Shown here in pieces: positions 9,226 to 19,445 of a DNA stretch of 62,823 nt. The notes below the pieces were generated by a model, which saw only the letters and a program-made list of their open reading frames with translations, was not told where the DNA came from and ran no database searches. The DNA is from an uncultured Pirellulales bacterium (GTDB taxonomy: Bacteria > Planctomycetota > Planctomycetia > Pirellulales > S012-138). Position 1 is the first letter of the stretch; the number at the start of each line of letters is the position of its first letter. Made by a program: the position numbers and the translations under genes. The stretch is taken from positions 578-63,400 of the forward strand of contig CAZEEG010000006.1 in NCBI GenBank assembly GCA_964511065.1, read 5' to 3'.

Positions 9226-12018
9226 ATGAAAACCGACGAGTTGCGGGAAGCCTATCTGTCGTTTTTTGAATCCAAGGGCTGCGTCCGCCGTCCCAGCGAC
9301 GTGTTGGTTCCGACCTGGGATCCTTCGGTGCTGTTCACGCCCGCGGGCATGAACCAGTTCAAGGATCACTTTCTGGGCCGCTGCAAGCTCGAGTTCACCC
9401 GGGCCACCACTTGCCAAAAGTGCCTCCGCACGGGCGATATCGACAACGTAGGCCGCACGGCTTACCACCACACGTTCTTTGAAATGCTGGGCAACTTCAG
9501 CTTTGGCGACTACTTCAAGAAGGAAGCGATTACCTGGGCCTGGGAGTTCCTGACGGATAAAAAGTGGCTGGGCCTGGACCCCAACCGGCTATCGGTTTCC
9601 GTGTATCTGGACGACGACGAGGCCGCTAACATCTGGGCCCATGATGTTGGCCTGCCGCCGGAACGCATCGTACGGATGGGCGAGGACGACAACTTCTGGC
9701 CCGCCGGTGCGCCCTCCCACGGCCCCGACGGTGTGTGCGGACCGTGCAGCGAGATTTTCTATCATCCGCCCACCGGCGGCGAAGTGGAAATCTGGAACCT
9801 CGTTTTCACGCAGTTCAACCGGGTGGGTGATCCGCCCGACAACCTCCGCCCCTTGCCCAGCAAGAATATCGACACCGGGATGGGCCTGGAACGCTGTGCC
9901 GCCACGCTTCAGGGGGTGGAAACGAATTTCCATATCGACATCCTGCGGCCAATCGTGGAAGCGGCCGCCGAAGTTTGCAGCCGCAAGTACGATCCGGCCA
10001 GCGAGGACGGGCGCCGCCTCCGCCGCATCACCGATCACATTCGGGCCTGCACCTTCGCAGTCCACGAGAATGTCTACCCGGGGCCCAACAAGGAAAAATA
10101 CGTCATTCGCCGCCTGCTGCGGCGGGCCGTGCTCGACGGTCACCAGATGGGCATGCGCGAGCCGTTCCTGTACCAGTTGGTGCCGACGGTCGTGGAAATG
10201 ATGAAGCGGCCGTATCCCGAACTGGTCGAAACCGTCGACCGGGTGGCCAAGGTGATTCGGCAGGAGGAATCGGCGTTCCTGGGCACAATCGACGCCGGCC
10301 TGAGCAAGATCGAGTCGATCTTTAGCGAAATGCGTCGCGATAATCGGGGTGTTGTCCGGGGCGACGACATTTTCTACATGTACGACACCCACGGTTTCCC
10401 GCCGGAATTGTTCGAGCAGATCGCGGCCGAACACAACTTTACGTTCGATTGGCCCGGCTTCCGCAAACTGACGGCCCGCGGTGACGAAGGCCCCACGGGG
10501 CCGCTGTTCAAGCACGATCCGCTGGAGGCGATCAAGCGGGCGGTTGGCCATACCGAGTTTCTCGGCTACGAGACCACCGAGGCCGAGGCCGAGGTCGTCG
10601 CGATTGTGGCCGCGAACCAGCTTTGCGACTCCGTCGAAGAAGAAAGCCACGATCAACCGATCCAGGTGGTGCTGGATCGCAGCCCCTTCTACGGCGAAGC
10701 CGGCGGACAGGTGGGCGATACGGGCGAACTCGTCGGCCCGAACCTGCGGTTCGAAGTGATCGATACGCAGCGGGATGGGCAACTCATCGTGCATATCGGC
10801 CACTTGCGGCAAGGGAAACTTACGACACGCACCAAGGTTACCGCTCGCGTCAACGAGCAGCGCCGCCAGGGTATCCGGCGGGCCCACTCGGCCACGCACG
10901 TGCTGCATTACGCTCTGCAGAAACACTTGGGCAAGCACGCCCAGCAGCAGGGGTCCAAGGTCGACGACGATTGGCTGCGGTTCGACTTCACGAACCTGGA
11001 AGCCGTCGACCGAAGCGTTCTGGAAGCAATCGAGAACGAAGTGACCAGCCGCATCCGCAGCGGCGCCGGCATCACCTGGCAAACCCTGCCACTGGCCGAG
11101 GCCCGCAAACAGGGCGCCATGATGCTCTTTGGCGAGAAGTATCCCGATCCGGTACGGATGGTGTCGGTGGGGGACTTCAGCCGCGAGCTGTGCGGCGGCA
11201 CGCACCTGGAGAATACGCAGCAGATCGAGGCGTTTGAGATTCTCAGCGAGGAGAGCGTTTCGGCTGGCGTGCGGCGGATCACGGCGCTGACGGGCGAGAA
11301 GGCCCGGCGCCATTGCCAACAAGTGGTACAAGCGCTGGAGGAAACGGCCAGGCTGTTGAAGGTGCCGCCCGCCGACGTGCCCTCGCAGGTCGAAGCCCTC
11401 ACCCAGCACGTGCGTCAGCTTAAGAAGCAGCTTGCTTCCGGTGCCGCGGCTGCCGAGAAACTGCCGCAACCAGCCGGCAACGGTGCTGCCACGCTCGATG
11501 TTCGGCAGGCCAGACAGGCCCTGGAAAAAGCCGCCCGGCATCTCCATACCGGCCTGTTGGAAGTGCCGGAACGCGTGCGCGGGCTGCTGGGCGAAATCGC
11601 TCGCCTGGAGGAAGAACTGGCCTCGGCTTCGCAAGCGCAGGCAGTGACTGCCGATAGCCTGCTGGAACAGGCCGTCACGTGCGGCGATGCGAAATTCGTC
11701 GTCGCGGAGGTTCCCGGTGCGAACCCCAACCAGATGCGGCAGTGGATCGACCAGCTTCGCAAGCATCACGCCCCGATTGCCGTCCTGTTGATCGGCGGAA
11801 GCGGCGGCAAGCTCATGCTGGTATCGGGTGTAAGCCGCGAACTGGTGGATCGCGGTGTGAGTGCCGGGAACTGGGTGCAGAAGGTGGCACCCGTGCTGGG
11901 CGGCGGTGGCGGCGGCCGGCCCGACATGGCCCAGGCCGGCGGAAAGGATGCCTCCAAGGTTCCAGAGGCGCTGGAACTCGCCCGCCAGGTAGCGCAGGAA
12001 ATGCTCGGCCAGTCGTAA
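9226..12018 (+). CDS. alaS: Alanine--tRNA ligase
   Basis: LFTPAGMNQFK, HHTFFEMLGNFSFGDYFK, IDTGMGLER, editing HSATH/ELCGGTH, C-Ala GGGGGRPDMAQAGG; start MKTDELR. Confidence 0.98.
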   Translation: MKTDELREAYLSFFESKGCVRRPSDVLVPTWDPSVLFTPAGMNQFKDHFLGRCKLEFTRATTCQKCLRTGDIDNVGRTAYHHTFFEMLGNFSFGDYFKKEAITWAWEFLTDKKWLGLDPNRLSVSVYLDDDEAANIWAHDVGLPPERIVRMGEDDNFWPAGAPSHGPDGVCGPCSEIFYHPPTGGEVEIWNLVFTQFNRVGDPPDNLRPLPSKNIDTGMGLERCAATLQGVETNFHIDILRPIVEAAAEVCSRKYDPASEDGRRLRRITDHIRACTFAVHENVYPGPNKEKYVIRRLLRRAVLDGHQMGMREPFLYQLVPTVVEMMKRPYPELVETVDRVAKVIRQEESAFLGTIDAGLSKIESIFSEMRRDNRGVVRGDDIFYMYDTHGFPPELFEQIAAEHNFTFDWPGFRKLTARGDEGPTGPLFKHDPLEAIKRAVGHTEFLGYETTEAEAEVVAIVAANQLCDSVEEESHDQPIQVVLDRSPFYGEAGGQVGDTGELVGPNLRFEVIDTQRDGQLIVHIGHLRQGKLTTRTKVTARVNEQRRQGIRRAHSATHVLHYALQKHLGKHAQQQGSKVDDDWLRFDFTNLEAVDRSVLEAIENEVTSRIRSGAGITWQTLPLAEARKQGAMMLFGEKYPDPVRMVSVGDFSRELCGGTHLENTQQIEAFEILSEESVSAGVRRITALTGEKARRHCQQVVQALEETARLLKVPPADVPSQVEALTQHVRQLKKQLASGAAAAEKLPQPAGNGAATLDVRQARQALEKAARHLHTGLLEVPERVRGLLGEIARLEEELASASQAQAVTADSLLEQAVTCGDAKFVVAEVPGANPNQMRQWIDQLRKHHAPIAVLLIGGSGGKLMLVSGVSRELVDRGVSAGNWVQKVAPVLGGGGGGRPDMAQAGGKDASKVPEALELARQVAQEMLGQS

Positions 12019-12038
12019 CGGCGGGGGGCGCACGGCCG

Positions 12039-13115
12039 CTACTCGGTGGCCCCTGGTAGCGGTTTGCCCTTGAGTTGCCAGATGTACTTGACCACCTCGG
12101 CCATGGCTTCCCACAGATCGTTGGGCACCACTTGGTTGATCTCGGCCTTGGCATACAAGGCCCGGGCCAACGGTTTGCGCTCCACTACCGGGATCCCGTG
12201 CTCCAACGCGATCATGCGGATGCGCCGGGCGATGGCGTCTTCGCCCTTGGCCAGGACCACGGGCGCTTCCATGGTGGCATCGTCGTATTGGATGGCGATG
12301 GCCAGTTCGGTGGGGTTGGTAACGACGAAATCGGCCTTGGGGACCACCGCCGCCAATTGACTTTCCACAATCTGGCGGTGAACCTGTTTCCGCCGCGCGG
12401 CCACCATGGGGTCGCCTTGCGTTTGCTTCATTTCATCCTTGAGTTCCTGCGTGGTCATCTTCAGGTCCTGCTCGTGTTTCCATTTCTGGAAGCCGTAATC
12501 GAGCACGGCCAGGATCAAGAGGGCCACGGCGATCTTGACGGCGGTCCACAAGAGCAGGTCGCACACCAGCCACGCAATCTGCGGAACGGACAGTTCCGGC
12601 AGCATGAGCACGTCTTCCATCCGCTGCCACAGGCAGATGCCTGCGACCGCGCTGATCAAGAGCACCTTCACCAGCCCAAATACCAGCCGCATCACCGACG
12701 ACAGCGAGAAAATGCGACTGAAACCCTTCACCGGGTTGATGCGGTTGAGATCCATGCCCACGGCCGAAGGCACCACCATCAGGCCAATTTGAGCGACCTG
12801 TGTCAGGACCGCAGCCAGGAACAGCAGGCCCAGGATCGGCAGGAGAATCTTGGCCAGTCCCAGCAGAACGTGCTGCCACTGAGCCATCAAGAATTCAGAA
12901 TCCACGTGCAACCAGGCTTGCCCGCCTAGCTGTTCGGTGGTGAGCCTGCCGAAGTAGTCGGCGGCGTCCTTGCCCATCCACAGCAGCAGACCCAGCCCCA
13001 CCAGCAGCAGCGCGGCGGTGCCCAGGTCTTGGCTCTTGGCCACCTGTCCCTGCTCGCGGGCTTTCTGCCGCTTATGCGGTGTGGCGTCGTGTACCTTATC
13101 GCCGAATTGTTCCAT
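12039..13115 (-). CDS. flhB: Flagellar export protein FlhB
   Basis: ATPHKRQKAREQGQVAKS, four TM segments, KMTTQELKDEMKQTQGDP, VVTNPT, PVVLAKG, PLARALY. Confidence 0.95.
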   Translation of the reverse strand: MEQFGDKVHDATPHKRQKAREQGQVAKSQDLGTAALLLVGLGLLLWMGKDAADYFGRLTTEQLGGQAWLHVDSEFLMAQWQHVLLGLAKILLPILGLLFLAAVLTQVAQIGLMVVPSAVGMDLNRINPVKGFSRIFSLSSVMRLVFGLVKVLLISAVAGICLWQRMEDVLMLPELSVPQIAWLVCDLLLWTAVKIAVALLILAVLDYGFQKWKHEQDLKMTTQELKDEMKQTQGDPMVAARRKQVHRQIVESQLAAVVPKADFVVTNPTELAIAIQYDDATMEAPVVLAKGEDAIARRIRMIALEHGIPVVERKPLARALYAKAEINQVVPNDLWEAMAEVVKYIWQLKGKPLPGATE

Positions 13116-13180
13116 CGGGCCTGATTAAGCAAGGCAGCGGGAGGCGTGGTGGATGGTGATGCCCTGCGGTGAGAGGGCGG

Positions 13181-13999
13181 CTAACCGGCGATCCAACCGT
13201 CCGGCAACGTCGAGCCGATGGTCTCAAAGACCTGTTGTAACGCCGGTTCCAGTTCATCGCGAAAGGCGTAGGCGATCGTTCCCATCGAGAGGGCCAGCAC
13301 GCCGGCGGCCAGCATGGCGTTCATACCTACGCCCACAATCATCACATTGAGTTGCGGCAAGGCCCGGCCGATCATGCCCAGCACGACGGTGGCCAGCAGC
13401 AGCGCCGCCAGCCCCGGCCCAGCCACCCTCACCGCCAGGAGGAAACTCTGGGCGGCAATGTCCAAGAGCATCTCCGGCAGCATCAGCGTGAGCGGACTTT
13501 GCCCCAGGGGGATCGTGCTGAACGATTCCAGCAGTGCGGCAACCACGGCCCGGTGCCCTCCAATCGCCAGAAAAATGGCGGTTGCAAGCAGGTATAGAAA
13601 GTTGCCGACCACCGGGGTGCTCTCGTCCAGGGCCGGGTTGAAAACATCGGCCAGCGACAACCCGCTAGCCTGGCTCACCAACATGCCGCCCAATTGGATG
13701 CCCTGCATCAGCAGCCACGCCGCCGCCCCCAGTGCAAAGCCCAGAATCAATTCCGTGCCGACCATGGTGAGCATATCGAGCATGGTGACAGGCGGCGCGA
13801 CGCTGCTTTCCCAATGCACCGGCACCAGCACCAGCGATAGCGCCAGCACCAGCAAGGCGCGAATCTTCATCGGCACTTCGTTTGATCCCAGCACTGGCGC
13901 AATCATCGCCAGCCCACTCAACCGCGAAACGGTCAGCACCAGCACCAGTACGTGCTGCGGCGTGAGCAGGAGACGAATGTCGTGCAGAAACTGGGGCAT
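13181..13999 (-). CDS. fliR: Flagellar export protein FliR
   Basis: RLSGLAMIAP, ELILG, FLAIGGH, GRALPQLNV; position between fliQ and flhB; start estimated. Confidence 0.92.
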   Translation of the reverse strand: MPQFLHDIRLLLTPQHVLVLVLTVSRLSGLAMIAPVLGSNEVPMKIRALLVLALSLVLVPVHWESSVAPPVTMLDMLTMVGTELILGFALGAAAWLLMQGIQLGGMLVSQASGLSLADVFNPALDESTPVVGNFLYLLATAIFLAIGGHRAVVAALLESFSTIPLGQSPLTLMLPEMLLDIAAQSFLLAVRVAGPGLAALLLATVVLGMIGRALPQLNVMIVGVGMNAMLAAGVLALSMGTIAYAFRDELEPALQQVFETIGSTLPDGWIAG

Positions 14000-14111
14000 G
14001 CAACCACTTGGCCGTGCAAAAACCAGCAGGTGTACGGTAGGGAGGGCGGCAGGCAGGTCCATCAAAGCCTGTCTGGGGCCGAAGGGAAACGTCCCCTCCC
14101 GTGGCGGCGTA

Positions 14112-14378
14112 CTACAGCAGTTCGGGGATTCCGTAGAACAGGTTGCGCGAGTATTCCACCATCACGCTAATCAGCCACGGCAACGAAACCGAGAGCGCCA
14201 GCACCATCAACACCAGCTTGGGAAAGAACGAAACCGTCGATTCCTGAATCTGCGTGAGCGCCTGCAACAGGCCGATCACCAGGCTGACGACGAAGCCGGT
14301 GATCAGCACGGGAGCGGCCACCAGGATCATCATCCACAGGGCCGCCTGTCCCAGGTCGATTGCATCTTGCGCACCCAT
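14112..14378 (-). CDS. fliQ: Flagellar export protein FliQ
   Basis: GLLQALTQIQESTVSFFPKL signature. Confidence 0.95.
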   Translation of the reverse strand: MGAQDAIDLGQAALWMMILVAAPVLITGFVVSLVIGLLQALTQIQESTVSFFPKLVLMVLALSVSLPWLISVMVEYSRNLFYGIPELL

Positions 14379-14452
14379 CGAGGGTCTCCTGCGCTATCGG
14401 GCACCGCGCACGGCGTCACCTGATCGGACACGCCGCGCGAAGCGTTGTACCG

Positions 14453-15529
14453 TCATCCAAAAGGCTCAAAGCTCTGGAGCAGCATTTCCACCACGAGCCG
14501 CCAGCCATCGACCAGCACGAACAGCAGCAGCTTGAATGGCAGCGAGATCAGCACCGGCGGCAACATCAGCATGCCCATCGAGATCATCACGCTGGCCACG
14601 ACCATGTCGAGGATCACAAACGGCAAGTAGATCTGAAAGCCGATGATGAATGCGGTCTTCAGTTCGCTGAGCATGAAGGCCGGCAGCAATACTTGAAGCG
14701 GGACGTTAGCTTCCCCCTGTTCCTGATCCGCCCCGTAGTACACGTAGTTGGGCAGTTCGTCTGCCTCGCTGTCGCTAACGGCGAGGTAATCGAGAAACAG
14801 CCAGACGTCGTCGGTGTTTCCGGTGCGTTCGATCTGGTCGGCCATGAAACGCCGTACCGGTTCCTGGCCCTGTTGCCATGCCTCATCGAGCGAAATCTGC
14901 CCCGCCGAGTACGGAGCCACGGCGGTGTCGTACACCTGCTGCCAGACCGGAGCCATGATCAGCAGGGTCAGGAACAAGGCCAGCGAGGTAATCACCTGCG
15001 AAGGCGGCAACTGCTGGGTGCCCACGGCTTGTCGCAACAGGGCCAGCACGACCACGATGCGGATGAAGCTCGTGGTCATCATCAAAATGGCCGGCGCCAG
15101 CGACAACAGCGTGAGCAGCAGCATCACCTTGAGCGAACTGCTCAAACCGGCTGGCCCCACCGCCTCGTCCAGCCACTGTTGCGGCACCAATGACCTACCT
15201 GGTGTGGGATCGGCGTCCGCCGTGCCCGAGCCTTCCAGGGGGGCCACCACGGGGGTGGCCGAACCGCCGCTTGGCGACACAGGCAGGCTTTGCGCCTGGT
15301 TGGCCGCCTGTTGGCCGAATGCCGTATTGAGCACCGGCGCCAACAGCACGGCGAGCACGGCGCCCAGACCGAGCCAACCCCGCAGTCCTTGGCGGCAACC
15401 CTGGCACCACCGATTCAGTGCTTGTCGGGAAGCAGTACCAGCGGTGGCGACCTTGGCGGTGCGGCACGCCACGCGCCGCTTGCGGGCGGTTGCGCGGTGC
15501 TCCTGAGCAATGGATATGCGCTTAGCCAA
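14453..15529 (-). CDS. fliP: Flagellar export protein FliP
   Basis: [60 protein letters not shown]; start uncertain (TTG overlapping the fliO stop). Confidence 0.93.
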   Translation of the reverse strand: MAKRISIAQEHRATARKRRVACRTAKVATAGTASRQALNRWCQGCRQGLRGWLGLGAVLAVLLAPVLNTAFGQQAANQAQSLPVSPSGGSATPVVAPLEGSGTADADPTPGRSLVPQQWLDEAVGPAGLSSSLKVMLLLTLLSLAPAILMMTTSFIRIVVVLALLRQAVGTQQLPPSQVITSLALFLTLLIMAPVWQQVYDTAVAPYSAGQISLDEAWQQGQEPVRRFMADQIERTGNTDDVWLFLDYLAVSDSEADELPNYVYYGADQEQGEANVPLQVLLPAFMLSELKTAFIIGFQIYLPFVILDMVVASVMISMGMLMLPPVLISLPFKLLLFVLVDGWRLVVEMLLQSFEPFG

Positions 15530-16508
15530 GGTTCGCCTCCCTGGCCCGCCGCAGCGCGGCCTGCAAGTGGGCGCGTTCGTCTTGGCTGCCGTGACGGGTA
15601 TCGCGACCGCTGAAGCCATCTTGGGCCAGTTCCGTGAGGACGTCGCGAAACGCCCGCGAAGAACTGCCGGGCCGGCCTTGCAGGCACAAGCCCATCAGCC
15701 GGGTGACCTCGTCGGGATCTTCGATTTCGGCCAGGGTGTGGGCCCCTTCCGCCGTGGTCGAAACCAGCAGTAGTTTGTTGCCAAGTCGTACCAGGTGGAG
15801 CCGATGCTTGCCGTCCAGGCTGCTGCGGCCCAGCACCTCAAGCACTCCGCCGGGAAGCGGCAGGATCGCTTGCGGCATGCGTTTCCGCCACCACCACAAA
15901 GTGAGCAGAAACAGCCCAATCACGACGGCTAACCCACCGGCCATGGTTGCCAGGCTTCGAGCCGGATCGATGGCAGGTGCCGCGCCCTCCCGCTGTCCCT
16001 CGCCGTTTTCAGCAGCGGGGCGGAGATTGCGCGGGGAGATGGCATGAGAACCGGGGCTGGACGCTTGCGAGTCGGCCGTGGCTGGAGCCGATCGGTACGA
16101 GACCGGCTGAACGCCTGCCGAGGGCGATGTGTCGTCGGCGTGCAAATCAACTGGCGGTGTGATCGCGGCGCGACGCATCACCGCTGAATCACCATGCGGA
16201 TGGGCCGGCCGGAGCAATTCCCGCTGGACATTGCTCGCGCCGGATGAAGTTTCTGCGCTTGAGTTCTCAGCGATTGAGTGCTCTGTGGCGCCGTCTGGTT
16301 TGGCGATGCCCGAGGCGCTTCCCGGGTTCTTGGCCCGCACCCAGGGACGATGAACATCCGTCGTGGAGGGGGAAGCGCCGGCCCGGACATAAGCGGCAGC
16401 GTCGTAGGGGGGCGGGGAGCCGTACTGCGCCCCTTGGCCGTGCGCAGGCGCACTGCCCATCAGGCCGAACCATGCGGCGCAGAGAATGGCGAGCACGACA
16501 AAGGGCAT
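15522..16508 (-). CDS. fliO: Flagellar protein FliO/MopB with long N-terminal extension
   Basis: [14 protein letters not shown] followed by [27 protein letters not shown] FliO beta-domain; upstream of fliP; start estimated. Confidence 0.8.
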   Translation of the reverse strand: MPFVVLAILCAAWFGLMGSAPAHGQGAQYGSPPPYDAAAYVRAGASPSTTDVHRPWVRAKNPGSASGIAKPDGATEHSIAENSSAETSSGASNVQRELLRPAHPHGDSAVMRRAAITPPVDLHADDTSPSAGVQPVSYRSAPATADSQASSPGSHAISPRNLRPAAENGEGQREGAAPAIDPARSLATMAGGLAVVIGLFLLTLWWWRKRMPQAILPLPGGVLEVLGRSSLDGKHRLHLVRLGNKLLLVSTTAEGAHTLAEIEDPDEVTRLMGLCLQGRPGSSSRAFRDVLTELAQDGFSGRDTRHGSQDERAHLQAALRRAREANLG

Positions 16509-16685
16509 CCTTACCCTGGCTCCCGACACGAAGACCCCAAAGCCTTGCGCCCCATTCCTTCTTCCAATGGAGGGCGCGGCGCGAAGATGGGTCAATAATT
16601 GAACGATCCGGCTGCGTCAACGGCGCTACAAGCCGCAGTGCCGCTAGCAGTAGGGTGCCAGCAGGCCAATGCCAGCAGGCATGCG

Positions 16686-18293
16686 CTAATGTTTTTCCCG
16701 CAACAGGGGGAACAAGATCACTTCGCGGATGGAAGGCGAGTTGGTCAGCAGCATCACCAGGCGGTCGATGCCGATGCCCAGGCCACCGGCGGGCGGCATG
16801 CCCTGCCGGAGAGCCTTGACAAAGTCGTGATCCATCCGGGCCATCGAGTCTTCTTCCTTGAGCCCGGCCAGTTGGGTGCGGAACAATTCCTCCTGCAGGT
16901 CCGGGTCGTTCAACTCGGTGTAGGCGTTGGCGATCTCCATGCCTTGGATGAACAATTCAAACCGTTCGGCAATTTGCGGGTCGCTCTGCTTGCGCTTGGT
17001 GAGCGGGCAGATGCCGGCCGGATAATCGAGCACGAACACCGGGCCTTCGAGCAGGTCTTCCACCTTCTCCTCAAAGACTTCGTTGCGGATCACGTCGGGA
17101 TGCTTGCCCGCCGTCTCCAGCCCCAAGCCTTCGGCATATTGCTTCACGGCGGCGGCATCGTGCGGATCAACGCCCGTATGCTGCTCGAACAGTTCGTAAT
17201 ACGTGGCCCGGGCAAATGGCGGCGTGAAGTCGATGGTCTTATCGCCCCAGGGCAGTTGCCGCGATTGCCTGCCCAGGGCGTCGATGGCCCCGACCACGAT
17301 CTGCTCGGTAAGGTCCATCATCGTGCCGTAATCGCCGTATGCCTGGTAGACCTCGAGCATGGTGAACTCGGGGTTGTGCCGGGGGCTGATGCCCTCGTTG
17401 CGATAGACGCGGCCCAACTCGTACACTCGCTCCATGCCGCCCACCAGCAGCCGTTTTAGATGCAACTCCAGCGCGATCCGCAGGTAAAGCTGCATATCCA
17501 GTGCATTGTGGTGCGTGATGAATGGTCGCGCCGCGGCCCCGCCCGCGATGGAATGCAGCGTGGGGCCTTCAATCTCGACGAAGCCGGCATCGCCCAGTGT
17601 CTTGCGGATTGAATGCACGATCTTGGTCCGAGCGAGAAACCGCTCCAGCACCCCGTCGGTATAGGCCAGGTCGAGGTACCGCATTCGCTGCCGCAACTCA
17701 GGGTCGGTGAGGCCGTGATGCTTCTCCGGCGGCGGATCGAGTGCCTTGGAGTGAAAGTGCAGCTTCTCGGCAAAAATGGTCAACTCGCCGGTCTTGGTGC
17801 GGCGCAGTTCCCCATCGACGCCGATCAGGTCGCCCAGGTCGAAGCATTGGGCCAAGGCCCAGTTCTCTTCGCCCACCTGGTTCTTGCCGATAAAAAGCTG
17901 AATCTGCCCGGTCCAATCGCGGATGTTCGCGAAGATCAGCTTGCCGGTGGGCCGCTGCAACACGATCCGGCCGGCCGCGCGGACCTTGGGGCCCACAAAC
18001 TCGCCCTTGGGTTGCCCGCCGAGCCAGTCGCGAAAGGTCTGTTGGCCGTCCGCCAGCAGGTAAGTGCCGTTTTCATCGCGGTTTTCGCCGACCTCGGGCG
18101 GGACGATTTCCGTGCCGTCCTCCGTACGGTACATGATTTCGCCGGCCCGGGACTTGATCTGGGCGATGGATTGGTGGCCGTCGAACCGCTGACCCCAGGG
18201 ATCATGCCCTAGCTCGGCAATGCGGCGGAGTTTGTCGCGGCGGGCCGCTTCGAGATTCGATCCCGAGGTGGGCGTTTCCTGCTTGTCGCTCAT
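16686..18293 (-). CDS. lysS: Lysine--tRNA ligase (class II)
   Basis: GGAAARPFITHHN, LRIALELHLKRL, YRNEGISPRHNPEFT, ERFELF, GMPPAGGLGIGIDRL; start MSDKQ. Confidence 0.98.
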   Translation of the reverse strand: MSDKQETPTSGSNLEAARRDKLRRIAELGHDPWGQRFDGHQSIAQIKSRAGEIMYRTEDGTEIVPPEVGENRDENGTYLLADGQQTFRDWLGGQPKGEFVGPKVRAAGRIVLQRPTGKLIFANIRDWTGQIQLFIGKNQVGEENWALAQCFDLGDLIGVDGELRRTKTGELTIFAEKLHFHSKALDPPPEKHHGLTDPELRQRMRYLDLAYTDGVLERFLARTKIVHSIRKTLGDAGFVEIEGPTLHSIAGGAAARPFITHHNALDMQLYLRIALELHLKRLLVGGMERVYELGRVYRNEGISPRHNPEFTMLEVYQAYGDYGTMMDLTEQIVVGAIDALGRQSRQLPWGDKTIDFTPPFARATYYELFEQHTGVDPHDAAAVKQYAEGLGLETAGKHPDVIRNEVFEEKVEDLLEGPVFVLDYPAGICPLTKRKQSDPQIAERFELFIQGMEIANAYTELNDPDLQEELFRTQLAGLKEEDSMARMDHDFVKALRQGMPPAGGLGIGIDRLVMLLTNSPSIREVILFPLLREKH

Positions 18294-18452
18294 GGCATCC
18301 TGGCACTTGGCCGGCCGCCGCGGGGGGAACGGCCGAGCCGTGTAATGACGAAAACGGATTGCGGGCAAAAAGGGAAGGTTAGCGGCCATGGGGCCAAAGC
18401 GTCAACGCCCCCGCGGCGCCGGGCGCCTCGGTTATCGCCGGATGTATCCCGT

Positions 18453-19256
18453 TTATGGCGACTTCACATCGGCCAGCACACACCGCAGGCCAACGGCATC
18501 GTCGCGCGTGTCGGCCGGAACGCCCACCCGGTAAAAGCTCGTCAGCCGCTCGGCTGGGTCTTTCCAACTGCCGCCGCGGAGGACTCGCTTTTTGGCATCG
18601 CCGCCTTCGATCCGGGCGGAGCCGTCGGCAGGTGCACCCTCATAATTGGGGTGCCAGCCATCGGCGCACCACTCCCAGAGATAACCGTGAATGTCGTACA
18701 GGCCCCATGGGTTAGGCTTCTTGGCACCCACCGGCGGGTCGTTTCCGGCCGCGTTGCCCGTGTACCAGGCGTGATCGCCGAGCTTCTCGGTTGTGTCGCC
18801 AAACGAATAGGTGGTTTGGGTGCCGGCCCGAGCGGCATACTCCCACTCGGCTTCGCTGGGCAGGCGGATTTCCTGTTTTGCGGTGATGAGGCCTGCCCCG
18901 CGCATGAGCCGTGTGACCTTGCGGCAGAATTCGGTGGCCTCGTCGTGGGAGAGCATTTCGACGGAATTGCGAGGCCCCTTCCATCGGCTGGGATTGCTGC
19001 CCATCACGGCTTCCCACAGGTTTTGCGGCACCTCGTACCTGGCGATGGCAAAGCTGTATTCAAACGTGACCGTATGTTGCCCCGGGCCGCTTTTCGAGGC
19101 TTCCGCCTTACCGCTGCCCATCTTGAACGACTTGGGAAACTTGCCTTTGCCCGGCGTGATTTCCACGAACTCGTCGCGAAAGGTCTTGAGCAACTCGGGC
19201 AACTCCGGTTTGGGTTCGGCCGCGATCAGCGCGGCGGCCAGCAGCAGGCACGTCAT
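18453..19256 (-). CDS. Secreted formylglycine-generating-enzyme (FGE/SUMF1)-domain protein
   Basis: Signal-like N-terminus; RLPSEAEWEYAARAG, NPWGLYDIHGYLWEW, RVLRGGSW; no FGE catalytic Cys pair. Confidence 0.88.
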   Translation of the reverse strand: MTCLLLAAALIAAEPKPELPELLKTFRDEFVEITPGKGKFPKSFKMGSGKAEASKSGPGQHTVTFEYSFAIARYEVPQNLWEAVMGSNPSRWKGPRNSVEMLSHDEATEFCRKVTRLMRGAGLITAKQEIRLPSEAEWEYAARAGTQTTYSFGDTTEKLGDHAWYTGNAAGNDPPVGAKKPNPWGLYDIHGYLWEWCADGWHPNYEGAPADGSARIEGGDAKKRVLRGGSWKDPAERLTSFYRVGVPADTRDDAVGLRCVLADVKSP

Positions 19257-19445
19257 CAGTACCCCCCGTGATTGAACATTCGCAGATCACCGATGGCCGA
19301 TAGCTTAACACGGGCCATGGCGGCGTACCTTGCGGAACTTTGCGAAGCACGCCACAGTCCGAGGCGTGCGCCACAGGGCGAGGTGTCTCCCCGGTCGGAC
19401 GGTTGTCTGGTTCGCTCGCGGCGACTCTCCCTCTGGTAAGACCGG

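Noticed and set aside
9589-12114. 841 aa ORF antisense to alaS
   Set aside because: Same shadow effect; no recognisable protein features
18453-19256. True formylglycine-generating enzyme
   Set aside because: Lacks the catalytic Cys pair after RGGSW; it is one of the many FGE-fold paralogues of planctomycetes
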